Source of the DNA: Octopus vulgaris
Taxonomy: Eukaryota
Direction of reading: 5' to 3'
Length of the DNA: 64,000 bases
NCBI GenBank assembly: GCA_951406725.2
Contig: OX597817.1
Coordinates: 52,576,001 to 52,640,000 of the forward strand
How positions within the stretch are numbered: the stretch's first letter is position 1; every line of letters starts with the position of its first letter. This document shows, piece after piece, positions 1 through 15,831 of this stretch. The notes under the pieces are model-generated. The model ran no database searches. It was not told the origin of the DNA and was given only the letters and a program-made list of their open reading frames with translations. The translations under genes were made by a program, and so were the position numbers.

Positions 1-261
1 CATCTGAAAATAGCAGTAAAATGACTTGTTAAAGAAATCATCGTTATTATCAATTTACACATAATCTCATCAATGCTTTAATGCCCGCTGTCCCATGGGT
101 CACACAAAACTGCTGAAGCAGATTTTCCTATGGTCAAAAACCCTCACCAGCTTCCAAGCAAAGTAATATTTTCTCCAAGTTATATATATTACTTTATTGC
201 CCACAAGGGGCTAAACATAGAAGGGGTTACAAAGAAGGACAGACAAAGGGATTAAGTCGAT

Positions 262-395
262 TACCAAGCTTCTCTGTTAAGTTACAATGACATTTTGTTC
301 CACCAGGGTTTGCAGGATGTCCTCATTGAGCTCTACAGATCTTCCAGGATGAGGCTCGTCTTCTAGGCTATAGTTTCCAGCTTGGAATTTCTGGA
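262..395 (-). mobile_element. Mariner transposase remnant (N-terminal HTH/linker region)
   Basis: Minus strand translates KFQAGNYSLEDEPHPGRSVELNEDILQTLVEQN, matching the mariner F..G..SLED..RSGRP motif; a stop follows. Confidence 0.75.
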
Positions 396-3300
396 ACTAC
401 CATTGACATTGGCTTATACTTATTGTCTGATCCCCATATACTGCATTAATATTCCTCACATTTTCCATTGCATTGTTGCTTTTATTGAACTCATAAAGCA
501 AAATATGCTGAATACACTTTGTCTCTTCCATTATAGCTTTGAAAAAATAACTGTTAAAATCAAACTGCACTCTTCAAAACTTGCACTAAGAATAAAGTTA
601 AATTGCTACCTGCTTTTAAAGCAAGTTGATGCAGGTAATTTATCCTGTTCCCCACCGACTTTTAGTTTGTGCTTTTATAAAAACCGCATTATTTATTGGA
701 TGGCCCAATTCACACACACAATGAAGGCATGTGGCTTTGTGGTTAGGGGTGATTGGTTCACAATTGTAAGGTCCTTGAGCAAGAGACTTTATTTCACATT
801 GCTCAAACCCATTCACTCAGCTGGCAGATGCGAGTTATACATGTAATTCAAAGGGCCAGCCTTGTTACATAGTGTCACGCTGAATCTCCGAGAACAAAAT
901 TACAAGTACTTGTGTCTGGGCCAAATTTTGGCACAAGGCAAGCAAATTCAAGGTGTAGGTGTAAGTTGATTACATCGACCCCAGTGCACGTTAATTTCAC
1001 GAGCAAGCTGTTTTGTTGTTTCAACTGGAACCCTTGTCATAACTGATGGAGCACCAGTTATGGTGTCAAAGAACAGGAACAAAAATTATTCAATACTATA
1101 ATATTATTCAATACAATACTAAAGGCGGTGCTCCAGCATGGCCGCAGTTAAATGACTGAAACAAGTAAAAGAGTATAGTAAAATATAAGAGTTTATTTAG
1201 GACACTGGATCTGCTTCAGTAAACTGTTCATGCCCAAATACACATGTTTATTTTTTGACTGGTTTCAGCTATTAGACTACGGTCATACTGGAGCACTGCA
1301 CTAGTTATTTTATTGACCTCAGAAAAATGAAAGACAAAGTGAATCTGGGTAGGATTTGAACTTGAAACAAAGATATAAAACTAAATACCACACATTTTCA
1401 CTAATGCTCTAACAATTTAAGCATTCCCCCCACCCCATACTCTCTTTTACTCTTTTACTTGTTTCAGTCATTTTGACTGCGGCCATGCTGGAGCACCACC
1501 TTTAATCGAACAACTTGATCCCGGGACTTTTGTAAGCCCAGTACTTATTCTATCTCAGTCTTACTTATGGTAACTCCAAGAGTAGACTGGGCATTCTGGG
1601 AAAAAAACTCTAAAAGTGTATGCAGCACTGGATAAAATTTATATTTAGCAAAATAAGCTTGTGCTTGGGGCATGGTCGCCACATAAATGGTAACTGGTTT
1701 ACAGCACAAAACAAAACATATTTTAGTCTTATTAAAATAATATTCAAAGTGGTTTATATGATCGGAAATACAATTTTGAAGTGTTCGTGGTGTCATAGTG
1801 AGGATCAGATGAAAGGCTTTGCAATTTAAAATAAAAAGGTAAGAGAAAACTTTTCAAATATAAATAAAATGGAAATATACAAAAACAAACATTATTTTCC
1901 ATCTTTGCTTTGTTTCATTTTGAAAAATAAAAGTTTATTTTATGGTTTATTATTGTTTAAGTTTTGAATTATATATATATGGGGGATTTTTACATGCCAG
2001 TAAAAAGCACAATTTGAGGTGGCACGTAAAAAACACCATACAAACGTGGCTGATGCCAGTGCCACCTGACTGTGGCTCTGAGGAAGCTCTATCTATACAC
2101 AAAGTGATGGTGGGATTTGACTGGAAGTAAATGATCTGTGGGGATGAGATGAGCCGGAAGGAAAGGGCTGTGATGTCAACGGTCAAGGGGCCTGACCAGA
2201 ACAGAAAGGGGGAGAAGAAGTGAGGGAAACAAGACCACGGTTGTCCTCTTTCAACCTTCTGCAGTCACTGTGAATGGATATCAGTGGAGCAAGCTAGCGG
2301 GATTGGTAGTAGCAGCTGCTAACATTAGGTGATATGGGTGGGACATGTGTTTGGACTTAGCACAGCTGGACAGTCTGTGAACCGTATCTTATTTCCTTGC
2401 ATTACAGTTTCCTTGTACCACATGATCAAAGAGATAAGACAGGAAAAGAGCCCCGAGGCAGACAGTTTTGCTAGGAGTTTACTTATTGGTTTTAGTAACT
2501 ATTGTGCCTCATGTAAACCCATAACAACCTAACCATCTTTAAATATTGGCAAGTACAAGAGTGTTGATAATACTGGTTCTAAATTTTGGCATAAGGCCAG
2601 CAAGTTCAAGGTAGGGGTGTAAGTTGATTACATCGGCCCTCAGTGTTCAACTGGTACTTATGTTATCGTCCCCCTTCCCAAAAAAGAATGAAAGGCAAAG
2701 TTGACCATGGTGGAAATTGAACTCAGGACATAAAGATAGACGAAATGTCGCTAAGCATTTTGCCTGGAATGCTAATGGTTCTACTAGCTTGCCACCTTCA
2801 ATGGTGTTGTGAATATTGACAAAAATCCTCGAAGGAGGTGTTCCAGCATAGCCATCTACCCCTAAAACAATGAATGGTAAAGTCAACCATGGCAGAAATT
2901 GAACTCAGGACAAAGATAGATGAAGCATCACGAAGCATTTTGCCTGGTGTGTTAATGGTTCTATTAGCTTACCACCTTCAATGGTGTTGTTAATATTGGC
3001 AAAAATCTTTGAAGGGGTGTTCCAGCATGGCCACACAGTACAATGAAATAGAAACCGGTAAAACAATATACATACACATATATGCACAATGCAGGTAGAC
3101 ACAAGCATGCACACAGACAGACAGACACAGTTCGGAGGAGACACACATTTAGCATCTGTGCAAGAAGGAAAACAAAAGCCACGCCAGAAACAACAGAAAA
3201 CTAACATGTAAAAATATGAAGTAAACATCGCCATTGGCAACCAGCCAACCTCCGAAAGACACCCCACCCCACCACCAGCCAGCCAGCCACAATACAGTCA

Positions 3301-3837
3301 GTATTCCAAGTACTGTACTATCACACTGTATTCTCACTTCACTACTCCTTTAAACTGGATTAACACATCAGGCTGGATTAAGAGGAGGATTATAGTAAAC
3401 ACTACACCTCTGAGAATGTTTTACTGGGTTAAGTATTATCAAAATATTGATCTGCTTAATTCTAGTGTTCCATTCTTAACTCTGATCGGATTTTAGTTTT
3501 TTTTTTTTTTAAACTGCCTTTTTTTAGCTTTATTGCAACCGTATTTGCATCTACTGCACTCGGAATGCACGTTGCTACCTTTCCCCCCTGATTCTGATTC
3601 CCAAATATCTGGGCCTGTATTGCTGCTGCTACATACAAACATTCAAGGCTACATCTAAAAGAGCCAATGTGGGACCCTCTGTGTGTCATACCCTAATAAA
3701 AATAGTTGCCAAATCTCCTCAAATCACAACTCACTGTTTTAAAAAACAACATGTTTGACAATGTAGTCCTTAGTAGACAGCACCTTTCTCTGAAGAGTTA
3801 AAACCCTAACTTTGAAGGAGAAACAGCAAGATTGCTC

Positions 3838-4565
3838 TTAACCCTTTCATTACCAACCTGGCTGAAACCACCCCTGGCTCTGAGTACAAATGTCTTCTTT
3901 TGATAAGTTTTGAATTAAAATCTTCCACCAAACCTTAGTCACAATTTATGTTCCTTAATGATAACCAAGTTATTTTACTAAATTCTTTGTTATATCTAAA
4001 GTAATTGAAAGAAACACAGAGCATCTCAACAGAAATACGGTAATAAAAAGGTTAAAATATATATAACAGAGAAACAATTCTTAACCCTTTCGATACCAAC
4101 CTGGCTGAAACCACCTCTGGTTCTGAGTACAAATGTCTTGTTTTCATAAGTTTTAAATTAAAATCTTCCACCAAACCTTAGTCACAATTTATGTTACTAA
4201 CACCAGCTTAATGATAACTAAGTTATTTTACTAAATTCTTTGTTATATTTAAAATTAATTGAAAGAAACACAGAACATCTCAACAGAAATATTGGTAACG
4301 AAAAGGGTTAGAATAAATAATAGAGAAACAATTCTTAACCCTTTTGATACCAACCTGGCTGAAACCAGCTCTGGCTCTGAGTACAAATGTCTTGTTTTCA
4401 TAAGTTTTGCATTAAAATCTTCCACCAAACCTTAGTCACAATTTATGTTCCTAACACTAGCTGAATGATAACCAAGTTATTTTACTAAATTCTTTGTTAT
4501 ATTTAAAATTAATTGAAAGAAACAGAGAGCATCTCAAAAAGAAAATACAGTAACGAAAGGGTTAA
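3838..4565 (+). mobile_element. Three tandem ~220-bp TTAA-flanked MITEs (piggyBac-like termini)
   Basis: Units run TTAA-CCCTTTCG(A)TACC...GGTAACGAAAGGG-TTAA and are separated by a ~25-bp spacer. Confidence 0.8.
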
Positions 4566-4927
4566 TGGTAGATACACTGGCTTTCCAGGGCTCAAAATAT
4601 CTCATGGCATGAGCACAAATCCTTGAGAAGATTTATGGATACATGGTCAGTGTTATCCAGGTCACATTGAATGCTATAATTTGTAGATCTCTGCATCCTA
4701 ATCGAAGACAAAGTCCACTCAACAGTATTTTGAGAGTACTGGCAGTGACAAAACATTCAACTGAAGACTGACCAAATCAAATAAGGGGACAGATTCCCAG
4801 TGTAGCATGGTGAGATACATCTCAGTTGTAGCCACTTGGAAAAACAGAAAAAGGTAGGAATGCCTGATCCTATACAACTACTGCTTGATTAGGATTGAGC
4901 TGGGGTTAAACAAACAACCTCCACCAC

Positions 4928-4979
<52 letters not shown>

Positions 4980-5209
4980 TATATGAAGGCCATCCCAAAA
5001 CACAACCCCTTTTACCTTTACTATTATTACCTGTACAATGGCCTCTGTTCCTTTAAACTACCAATTTTAGATACCCTCTTTCCACCCAGGCCACCTAAAC
5101 TGATTCCCCCCATCCACCCCTCTCTCTCTTGTCACTTTCTACTCCGTCCCTCTACCCCAGTGACAACAAGCATACAAATTCATATTTATATCTGGCAACC
5201 ATTAACTTG

Positions 5210-5462
5210 TGGAGGCAGGTGGCTTAGTGGTTAGGGTGTCAGCATCATGATCGTAAGATTGTGGTTTCGATTCCTGGACCAGGCGACACGTGTTCTCAAG
5301 CAAAACACTTCATTTCATGTTCCTCCAGTCCACTCAGCTGACAAAAATGAGTAACGCTGCAATGGACTGGCGTCCCGTCCAGCTGGGGAACACATACACC
5401 ATTGAAACAAGGAAACTGGGCCCATGAGCCTGGCTAGGCTTTAAAAGGGCGCATTTATTATT
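5210..5462 (+). mobile_element. tRNA-derived SINE
   Basis: A box (TGGCTTAGTGG), B-box-like (GGTTTCGATTCC), body motif GCAATGGACTGGCGTCCCGTCCAG shared with 26033 and 60056, TTA tail. Confidence 0.7.
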
Positions 5463-5563
5463 TAACCATTAATTTACAACTTTTCAACAGCAATGTTAAC
5501 CTGGTCAATCTCACAATGCTACATATCCAGCATTGATCATGGCCACAACTTCTTCCTCCAGAC

Positions 5564-6156
5564 CAAAGGTTCTCAACGTGGGTGGTACCACCCCCAAGGG
5601 GGTGCTTGGCATGTTGAAGGAGGCATTAGGCTACAGGGGGTAGTGAGGTAACATTATGAACACACTGAATTTTATCTACAGTAGTAATTATATTAGAAAT
5701 ATTGCATTTCTAAATCTCTTAGAGAGAGTTATACAGTAGCAGAATGATTAAGTGATGGTTTGTTGCCAACTTAATGTGGCAGTCCCAGGAAAGGGAAGAT
5801 TGCTACTGCTATTTAGCCCCAGGAAACACCATTTATAGTTGGCTACTTGATTATATTATATACAATAAAACAAGTTATTAAAATAAAAGATCTCATCAAA
5901 CACAGGGAAGTTATAAACTTGCAATGTTTAAATTAAATTTACAACTTCTGTCTTCACTAATTGTTTAAGATTTCACTGTTAAAAACTTATAAAATCCATT
6001 TTATAGTAAAATTTATAGATTATCATCCATGTTTTATTAGTTTTGTCATGATACCTCACTCACCAATTGGGTGGGTGTTGAGCATAACAACAACTTAAAA
6101 GGATGTGGGGGGAGGTTGTTACAAAAAGAAAAACAAATGATGTTTATGAACCACTG
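5564..6156. mobile_element. hAT-type non-autonomous element
   Basis: Termini CAAAGGTTCTCAAC ... TTTATGAACCACTG; 8-bp TSD CTCCAGAC at 5556-5563 and 6157-6164. Confidence 0.8.
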
Positions 6157-7216
6157 CTCCAGACCAATCCAATCCAATAAGATAAAAAATATTTAGCCTC
6201 AATGGGCGCAGGCATGGCTGTTTTTTTAAAAACTTGCTTCTGAACCACATGGTTCTGGGTTCAGTTCCACCTTAGACAAGTGTCTTCTACTATAGCCTTG
6301 GACTGACCAAAGCTCTGTGAGTAGATTTGGTAGATGGAAACTGAAAGAAGACTGCTGTGTGTCATCATCATTATCATTATCGTTTAACATCCGTTTTCCA
6401 TTTTGGCATGGGTTAGATGATTTGACTGAGGTTTGGGGAGGCCAGCAGCTGCACCAAGCCCCAATCTGATCTGGCAGTATTTCTACAGCTGGATGCCCTT
6501 CCTAACACCAACCACTCCAAGAGTGTAGTGGGTACTTTTTACGTGCCCCATAAAAATAAATGTAAATAGAATATACATGGGATGTATATGGAAAAAAAGT
6601 GAGAGAAAAAGAGAACTAGTAAGAATTTTTTTTTAATACTAAAATTAAGAGCGGTTAAGAGTGTCTAAAAATGCCAATTAATAAATCATTGAAGTTCAAT
6701 TTGTTTTTAAAAAAAATATAAATAGTACATAATACAATAAGAGGAAAATTACTTTCTACGGCCGTTTCCAGAGGAGCAGCTGGAATGCGGAAGGAGCATG
6801 TTCGTGTCTGCATGGACCAGGACGGGCAGGAGAGAGTGGAGGAAGGCAAGCTATCGGTTGATGACGAGCACGGACACGATTAGGCACCAGTCTTCCACCA
6901 GGCGCCCAGCGGCCTATGCCAACTGCTGTCAAGGGCACAGCAGCACAGTGGAGAGCAAACTCAGCTGACCAGCTCACACCCCTTATAGCTGTCTGGTCGC
7001 CCTTGGGGTATAGAGCCCATTTAAATTCCTTTTCTAAAGTTAAGTATAAAAGCTCAATGACTCTCGCCTCATTTATACCTAAGAGATAGCAACATTGATC
7101 ATACTTTATCCTGGTCCATAATTACAGAGACTCCCCGCCACCTTATAGTGCTAGTTTGAATAGATACAGGTTATGTATAAGGGAATCTTATAGTTCAAAC
7201 CCATTAAATTATCTGA

Positions 7217-10063
<2,847 letters not shown>

Positions 10064-10065
10064 TT

Positions 10066-10328
10066 CAGGGGCGTTGCTAGGGTAAATGGCACCCAGGACA
10101 AGCATCAAAATTGTGCCCCCTCCCCAACCAAAAAGCAGCACATGCATTCTCTGAAGTCAACAAAGAACGCCTATTCTATCTAGTGGCATGGATGGTAATA
10201 AGCAAAACAGACCATGCCTGAAAAGGTTTTAAAACATTTTTAATGGCTTAATTAGAAAATAGTTTTGGTCAAAATTGCACCCCCTGCTCCAAGTGGTGCC
10301 CTGCTTGCCTCACCCTAGCTACACCTCC
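10066..10328. mobile_element. hAT-like MITE
   Basis: Inverted termini CAGGGGCGTTGCTAGGGT ... ACCCTAGCTACACCTC; internal AAATTG(T/C)(G/A)CCCC repeats. Confidence 0.6.
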
Positions 10329-11179
10329 ATGTATATACATACATGCATACATACATACATATATATATGTATATATATATATATGTGTGTCTGTTTGTCC
10401 CCTACCACTGCTTGACAACCGGTGTTGGTGTGTTTACATCCCTTTAACTTAGAAAGTTCAGCAAAAGTGACCGATAGAATAAATACTAGGCGTAAGAAAT
10501 AAATCTTGGGGTAGATTTCTTCAACTAAATCCCTTCAAAGCAGTGCCCCAGCATGGCCGCAGTCAAATAAACACGTAAAAAAAAGATAAAGTCTTGCTGG
10601 TGATTAGTAGCTGAAAACTCCTTATCTACAAAGATGAAAAAATTATATCAGGTACAACTTATTTGCATGATAGTACATGTAATCTTTCATGGTTTAGGAA
10701 GGAATATTTACCTACTAAATGTTCGGATAATCTCAGACAATAAAAGTTTTTCAACTTAATTTCTTGTGAGACCCTATTGTATGTGTATTTAACATGCAGA
10801 GTACCCCACATTGGGTACTTGTTTTCAGTACCACTACCTTTCTTTTATTACTAATAAACTCTTTGCCAATACACCAAAGACCCTATTATCTTGTGTGCCT
10901 TACCCTTTTCTGTGATTTAAGGATCATTTAGCAGCTACTTTTAGCAAGTGAAGCACCCGCATGAAGGGTTTCTTACCAACTTGCTGGCTGGGGATCAGCC
11001 TAGATCCAACACACCACTTCATCAAAGATGCTCCAACTGTGACCATCCCACCTTTTATGCTGTGTATGAAAGACAACAACATTACCCAATATATTCTTCC
11101 CTTTCTTAAGTAGGTAGGGTGTAATTTGAATGATGCTTGGCTGTTATATCTAGCAGGACAGGTAACTAGGTAGATTCTC

Positions 11180-12145
11180 TGGCAGAGTTCTGCTATAAGC
11201 ATGCCATATAATCCCTCGTAACTTTTTTAATTTTTAGAATTTTCAGAACTTTTTTTGCAAATTTTTGCTCTTCACATGGGAGTTTATATGATTACGAAAT
11301 AAAAAAATTCTGGTGCATGATTTAAGGCCTATTTAGCTCTTATTTTTAGCAGAACTCATGACCACCTCATACCCTCATTGTTTGCTTATCAGTCTGACAT
11401 ATATTTCACAATATCTTTCTCCCCATAAACAAATTTAATGGTCTATTGTCAGGATTTAAGTTAAAAACTTGGACTGTCTGCATTTAAAACTGATTTAGAA
11501 AGAAAAATTCAGAAAAATTAACCAAAAGATTTTAAAAAACAACTTGTTTTTGTCATAGTTGTGTGAATTCCTATGTGTAGAATAAAAATTTGCAAATATT
11601 TTCTGAAAATTCCAAAAGATAAAAAAGTTACAAGGGGCCATTTGGTATGCTTAACCCTTTTATTACTGCATTTATTTTGAGATGCTCTGTGTTTCTTTCA
11701 ATCAATTTTAAATATAACAAAGAATTTACTAAAATAACTTAGTTATCATTAAGCTAGCGTTAGTAACATAAATTGTGGCTAAGGTTTGGTGGAAGATATT
11801 AATTCAAAACTTATGAAAACAAGACATTTGTACTCAGAGCTAGAGCTGGTTTCAGCCAGGTTGATATCGAAAGGGTTAAGAATTGTTTCTCTATTATATA
11901 TTTTAACTCTTTTGTCATCATATTTCTGTTGAGATGCTCTGTGTTTCTTTCAATTAATTTTAAATATAACAAAGAATTTAGTAAAATAACTTGGTTATCA
12001 TTAAGCTGGTGTTAGGAACATAAATTGTGACAAAGGTTTGGTGGAAGATTTTAATTCAAAACTTATGAAAACAAGACATTTGTACTAAGAGCCAGAGGTG
12101 GTTTCAGCCAGGTTGGTATCGAAAGGGTTAAAGCAAAATTCCACC
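11180..12145. mobile_element. Long-TIR MITE whose right TIR is interrupted by a tandem dimer of the TTAA MITE (11651-12131, minus)
   Basis: 11185-11285 is the approximate reverse complement of 11565-11654 plus 12131-12143. The insert is two reverse copies of the 3838-4565 unit with TTAA ends. Confidence 0.7.
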
Positions 12146-12839
12146 AATTCTCCCATTTTGGTTCATTAATAAAAGTTTACATCTACAAGTGTTTTAAATG
12201 AGACAGAGTAAGCAAGGGTGTCCTCAGAGAAGACGAGGGAATAAAACAGGGATGTGTTACATATCCACAAGCTCTGATGTATTTTTACTTTACTGAAATA
12301 GTTCAATCAGACACCTTTCCCTCCTAAACACAGTTTATTCATTTCTCTCCTCTCACAGCATCTATCAAATACCACTTCTCAAAATTGTCTTGGCTGTATG
12401 GTAAAAAGTTCCTTTTCAACCACATGGATCCAGTTTCAGTCCCACTCAGTGACACCTTGGGCAAGTGTCTTCTACTACTGACCCAGGCCAACCAAAGCCT
12501 TGTGATTGGATAGGGTAGATCGAAAATGAAAGAAGCCCATTATGAGTGTGTGTGTGTGTTTGTCCACAATCACTGCTTGAGAACCAGTGTTAGTGTGTTT
12601 ACATCCCTGTAATTTAGCACTTCAGCAAAAGAGACTGATAAAATAAGTAACAGGCTTAAAAAAACAAAACTGGGGTTGATTCATTTGGCTAAAGGCTATA
12701 GTAGAAGGCACTTGCCCAAGGTGCTACACAGTGGGACTGAACCCAGAACCATGTGGTTCATAAGCAAGCTACTTACCACATAGCCACTCCTGTGCCTATA
12801 TATTGGAAGTTACATGTTTTGATGAAAATAGTTTGATTC

Positions 12840-14515
12840 AAATGCCTTGGATATCTGAGTTTCAAGTGTGTGGCTAGTCTTCGGCCATTGGGGTTTGAAT
12901 GAGAGTTCGATTGAAGAGGGTCAAATGTTTATTACCGGACATTAGCAATTGGTTGAGGAAGGTCACATGGCATAGCAGTTTGATGCTGGTATTTCAGCAA
13001 CAACATTTAGTTGGAAAATACTGTATAGTGAACAGGAAATCAACCACGTGGTGGACAAGGAATCGGTTGTGTGGTGGTGGTGGTGGTAGATGTGGGGGTA
13101 TATATGTACATGTATATGCCCATATATCTGCATGTATGCATCCATACTTATGAGTATGTATGTGTGCTTTGATGTACATTCACACAGCTATGTACGTACA
13201 CATACACACACACGAAGGCACATATACACACACATGCACACCTTTATCTCCATGCACATGAGTACACAAATGTGTGCATGTGTACACACATTCACATGCA
13301 TGGGTGCACCTGTATATGGGTGTTTGTGCATGCACACATCTGTGCATGTGCATATTATGAGCAGATGTATATGCCTACTCATGCACATGCATGCTTGTGT
13401 GCACATATTGTCATGCAGTCATGCATAAGGAGAGATGTACAAGAGGTGAGAGTATGTGGGTAAACAGGTATGGAGAAGTGTTGAGGATTAGTAATTTGTG
13501 GTGCTGTTCATGAGGGTTAATTTGTACCGGTGACCTTGGTGCAGGCGGTGCTAAGGGTGGTTGGTACTTAGGAGGTATATCTGGGTTGTCAGCAGCTAGT
13601 GACTTGAAATTTACCAGAAGGGTGTACCTCTGGTGACAGCAATATGATACCTCATATTGTTGATGGATGCTGCAGGCTGGTAGATGATATGCAGTTTTTA
13701 TGGAGGCACCCTATTGATAATAATCCACTTGATGCTGGGTATTTTGTCTTGGAGGTCAAAGTCTCCAGAGAAAGCACAACAGGGAAGTGGAGTTCTTTCT
13801 GTCCCTGGATCTAAATGAATGCAAGTGCTGGGAATATCTTCCCTTGAAGTCATTGGCTGTCATGCCCGTGTAGTGCCATCAGATGGTGTAAGGATGGCTC
13901 TGTATACTACAGCCCTTGAGAGGCAGGATCCTCCCATAGGGCAGGTAGTAGGGTTTTGTCAGGTGCAAGTTGGGGTTGGGGGTTGTGTGAGTGTGTTTTT
14001 ATGTCTGTTGATACATGCAGTGTTAGGTGTGGTGTTATCTAAGCAGGTGTAGCTTACCTTGACATTATGGGGGTGGAGTGAGAGTTTGTAATACTTGTGG
14101 TCTCTGGGGAAACGTTTATTAATGACATGATACCCCTGGCTACGTGAGCTTCTCAGAAAATTCACTCTTAGCCAAAGCATCATTTTAGTGGGTGGCAGCC
14201 CTATGAAAGATCTCCATGTTGGCTGAGAATTTAGAAACCTGTTTGCTAATGCCTGAAACCAGGTTTCTAATTACAGCGTAGGGGGTGGGGTGTTAACTCT
14301 TATGGATATATATTGTTTCTTCATTAGGCTTCTGTAGGGATAGTATTTGCCTGCGCTCAGGTCTAAGGTTGTGTCGAAGAAATCTACTGTAGTCAAGTTG
14401 ATAGTAACCATTATGGAGAGGCCAAACTCTTCGAATATTTTAATTAAGTCCTTCCTGAACCTGTCCATAGCATTCATGTGGTTTGAAATAGCCAGGCCAT
14501 CATCTCTATAGAGAG
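12840..14515 (-). mobile_element. Decayed Penelope-like retroelement (RT C-terminus, GIY-YIG region, 3' region)
   Basis: Minus strand LYRDDGLA (14513-14490), then DRFRKDLIKIFEEFGLSI...VDFFDTTLDLSAGKYYPY, then INKRFPRDHKYYK...NVKVSYTC, then CPMGGSCLSRAVVYRA. Multiple frameshifts. The 3' limit is uncertain. Confidence 0.8.
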
Positions 14516-14521
14516 CTAACC

Positions 14522-14900
14522 TATGAGGATGGCTGTGTGGTAAGTAGCTTACTTACCAACCACATGGTTCCGGGTTCAGTCCCACTGCATGGCACCTTGG
14601 GCAAGTGTCTTCTACTATAGCCTTGGGCCGACCAAAGCCTTGTGAGTGGATTTGGTAGACGGAAACTGAAAGAGGCCCGTCATATATATGTATATATATG
14701 TAGGTGTGTATGTGTTTGTCCCCCAACATCGCTTGACAACCGATGCTGGTGTGTTTACATCTCCGTAACTTAGCGGTTCAGCAAAAGAGACCGATAGAAT
14801 AAGTACTAGGCTTACAAAGAATAAGTCGATTTGCTCGACTAAAGGCGGTGCTCTAGCATGGCTACAGTCAAATGACTGAAACAAGTAAAAGAGTAAAGAG
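14522..14900 (+). mobile_element. tRNA-derived SINE family 'B', near full length (other copies or parts ~6203, 12390, 35996-, 46980, 56920-, 62843)
   Basis: TGGCTGTGTGGTAAG A box, GGTTCAGTCCC B box, CCTTGGGCAAGTGTCTT CORE-like block, internal microsatellite, (TAAAAGAG)n tail; repeated throughout the window. Confidence 0.85.
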
Positions 14901-15029
14901 TATATATATTTGCAGATAGCTTTAAAACCATCATCCTCATCATTGCTTTCACATCCTTTTTGAGAGAAGAAATTCTAGGTTTGGAAGCTAAGCCTAGAAT
15001 CTAGAGGTCTGAATATAATAATAATAATA

Positions 15030-15530
15030 ATGAAATTATTGTATACAGTGCTCAGGTGCACCACAACTTGTCAAAAGTGTATATAAAGCATATGCAGTAA
15101 TGTACAAATGTCTGGAAAGTGAACAGGAGTCAGATACATGCTTGTGTGTGTATGGAGGGGAGAAAATCAGGTGTAGTGTTGGCGAATCTCAGGAAGCATG
15201 GAAGTTTTGAAGGATGCAGTGCTCCGACAACTGCTCCGGCAGTTTGTTCCATACTTGTTCCATATAAACTTAGCATAGATAAAGTTTTTAAGTAAAATGG
15301 AAAAAAGATGGGACCCTTGCCAAATAGACTTGCCAAAAAGGTGTAGGTTTCTACTCCATACACTGTACTAAGCGAGACGTGATTGAACTGCAAATAAACT
15401 AGTAGAAAGCATAAGCTTTGTATGTGATAGATGCACTGGGGCAGTACGCAGTATGAGCACACCACAAATTCATCCTCTTGAATTCCTGAATGGCTCACCC
15501 ATGATAGTTGAGGGATTACTGTACACACTT
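15030..15530 (-). mobile_element. CR1/L2-type LINE 3' fragment
   Basis: Degenerate (W)NKLP...S..SFK end of ORF2 and an (ATT)n tail. The same 3' terminus recurs at ~15860 and ~57750. Confidence 0.6.
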
Positions 15531-15567
15531 CTGAACAAAGGATTAGTTGAGCACAGAGTGGTAATAA

Positions 15568-15831
15568 AAAAATGAGATGACACAGGAATAAACAATTATG
15601 TTATGGACTTCATTTGCTTACAGCCGTTTATGCTGTAAGATGTTGAGTGCTTGAGTAACATTTTATAGTTTCTCTAGAGCTTCAGATATGAAGTCATATT
15701 CAAAGCTCCAGTGAAGCTAAAAGGTGTTACTCAGACACTCAGTTATGAGCCCATTGCATCTTATAGTAGGAACAGCTGTAAGATAACGAAGTTCATAAGA
15801 TAATCATTTATTTCTGTGTCATTTCATTTTC
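15568..15831. repeat. Imperfect fold-back (palindromic MITE-like), ~265 bp
   Basis: Outer and inner arms are reverse complements (AAATGAGATGACACAGGAATAAA... / ...TTTATTTCTGTGTCATTTCATTTT), centre ~15690. Confidence 0.8.

Noticed and set aside
382-846. 154-aa ORF
   Set aside because: No recognisable homology; non-ATG start; runs into a SINE.
10740-11100. Possible LTR/PBS fragment
   Set aside because: No paired LTR, TG..CA ends or clear PBS could be identified.
13400-14515. Selenoprotein-type (UGA/SECIS) Penelope element
   Set aside because: The copy is too frameshifted to distinguish programmed UGA from decay; no SECIS recognised.
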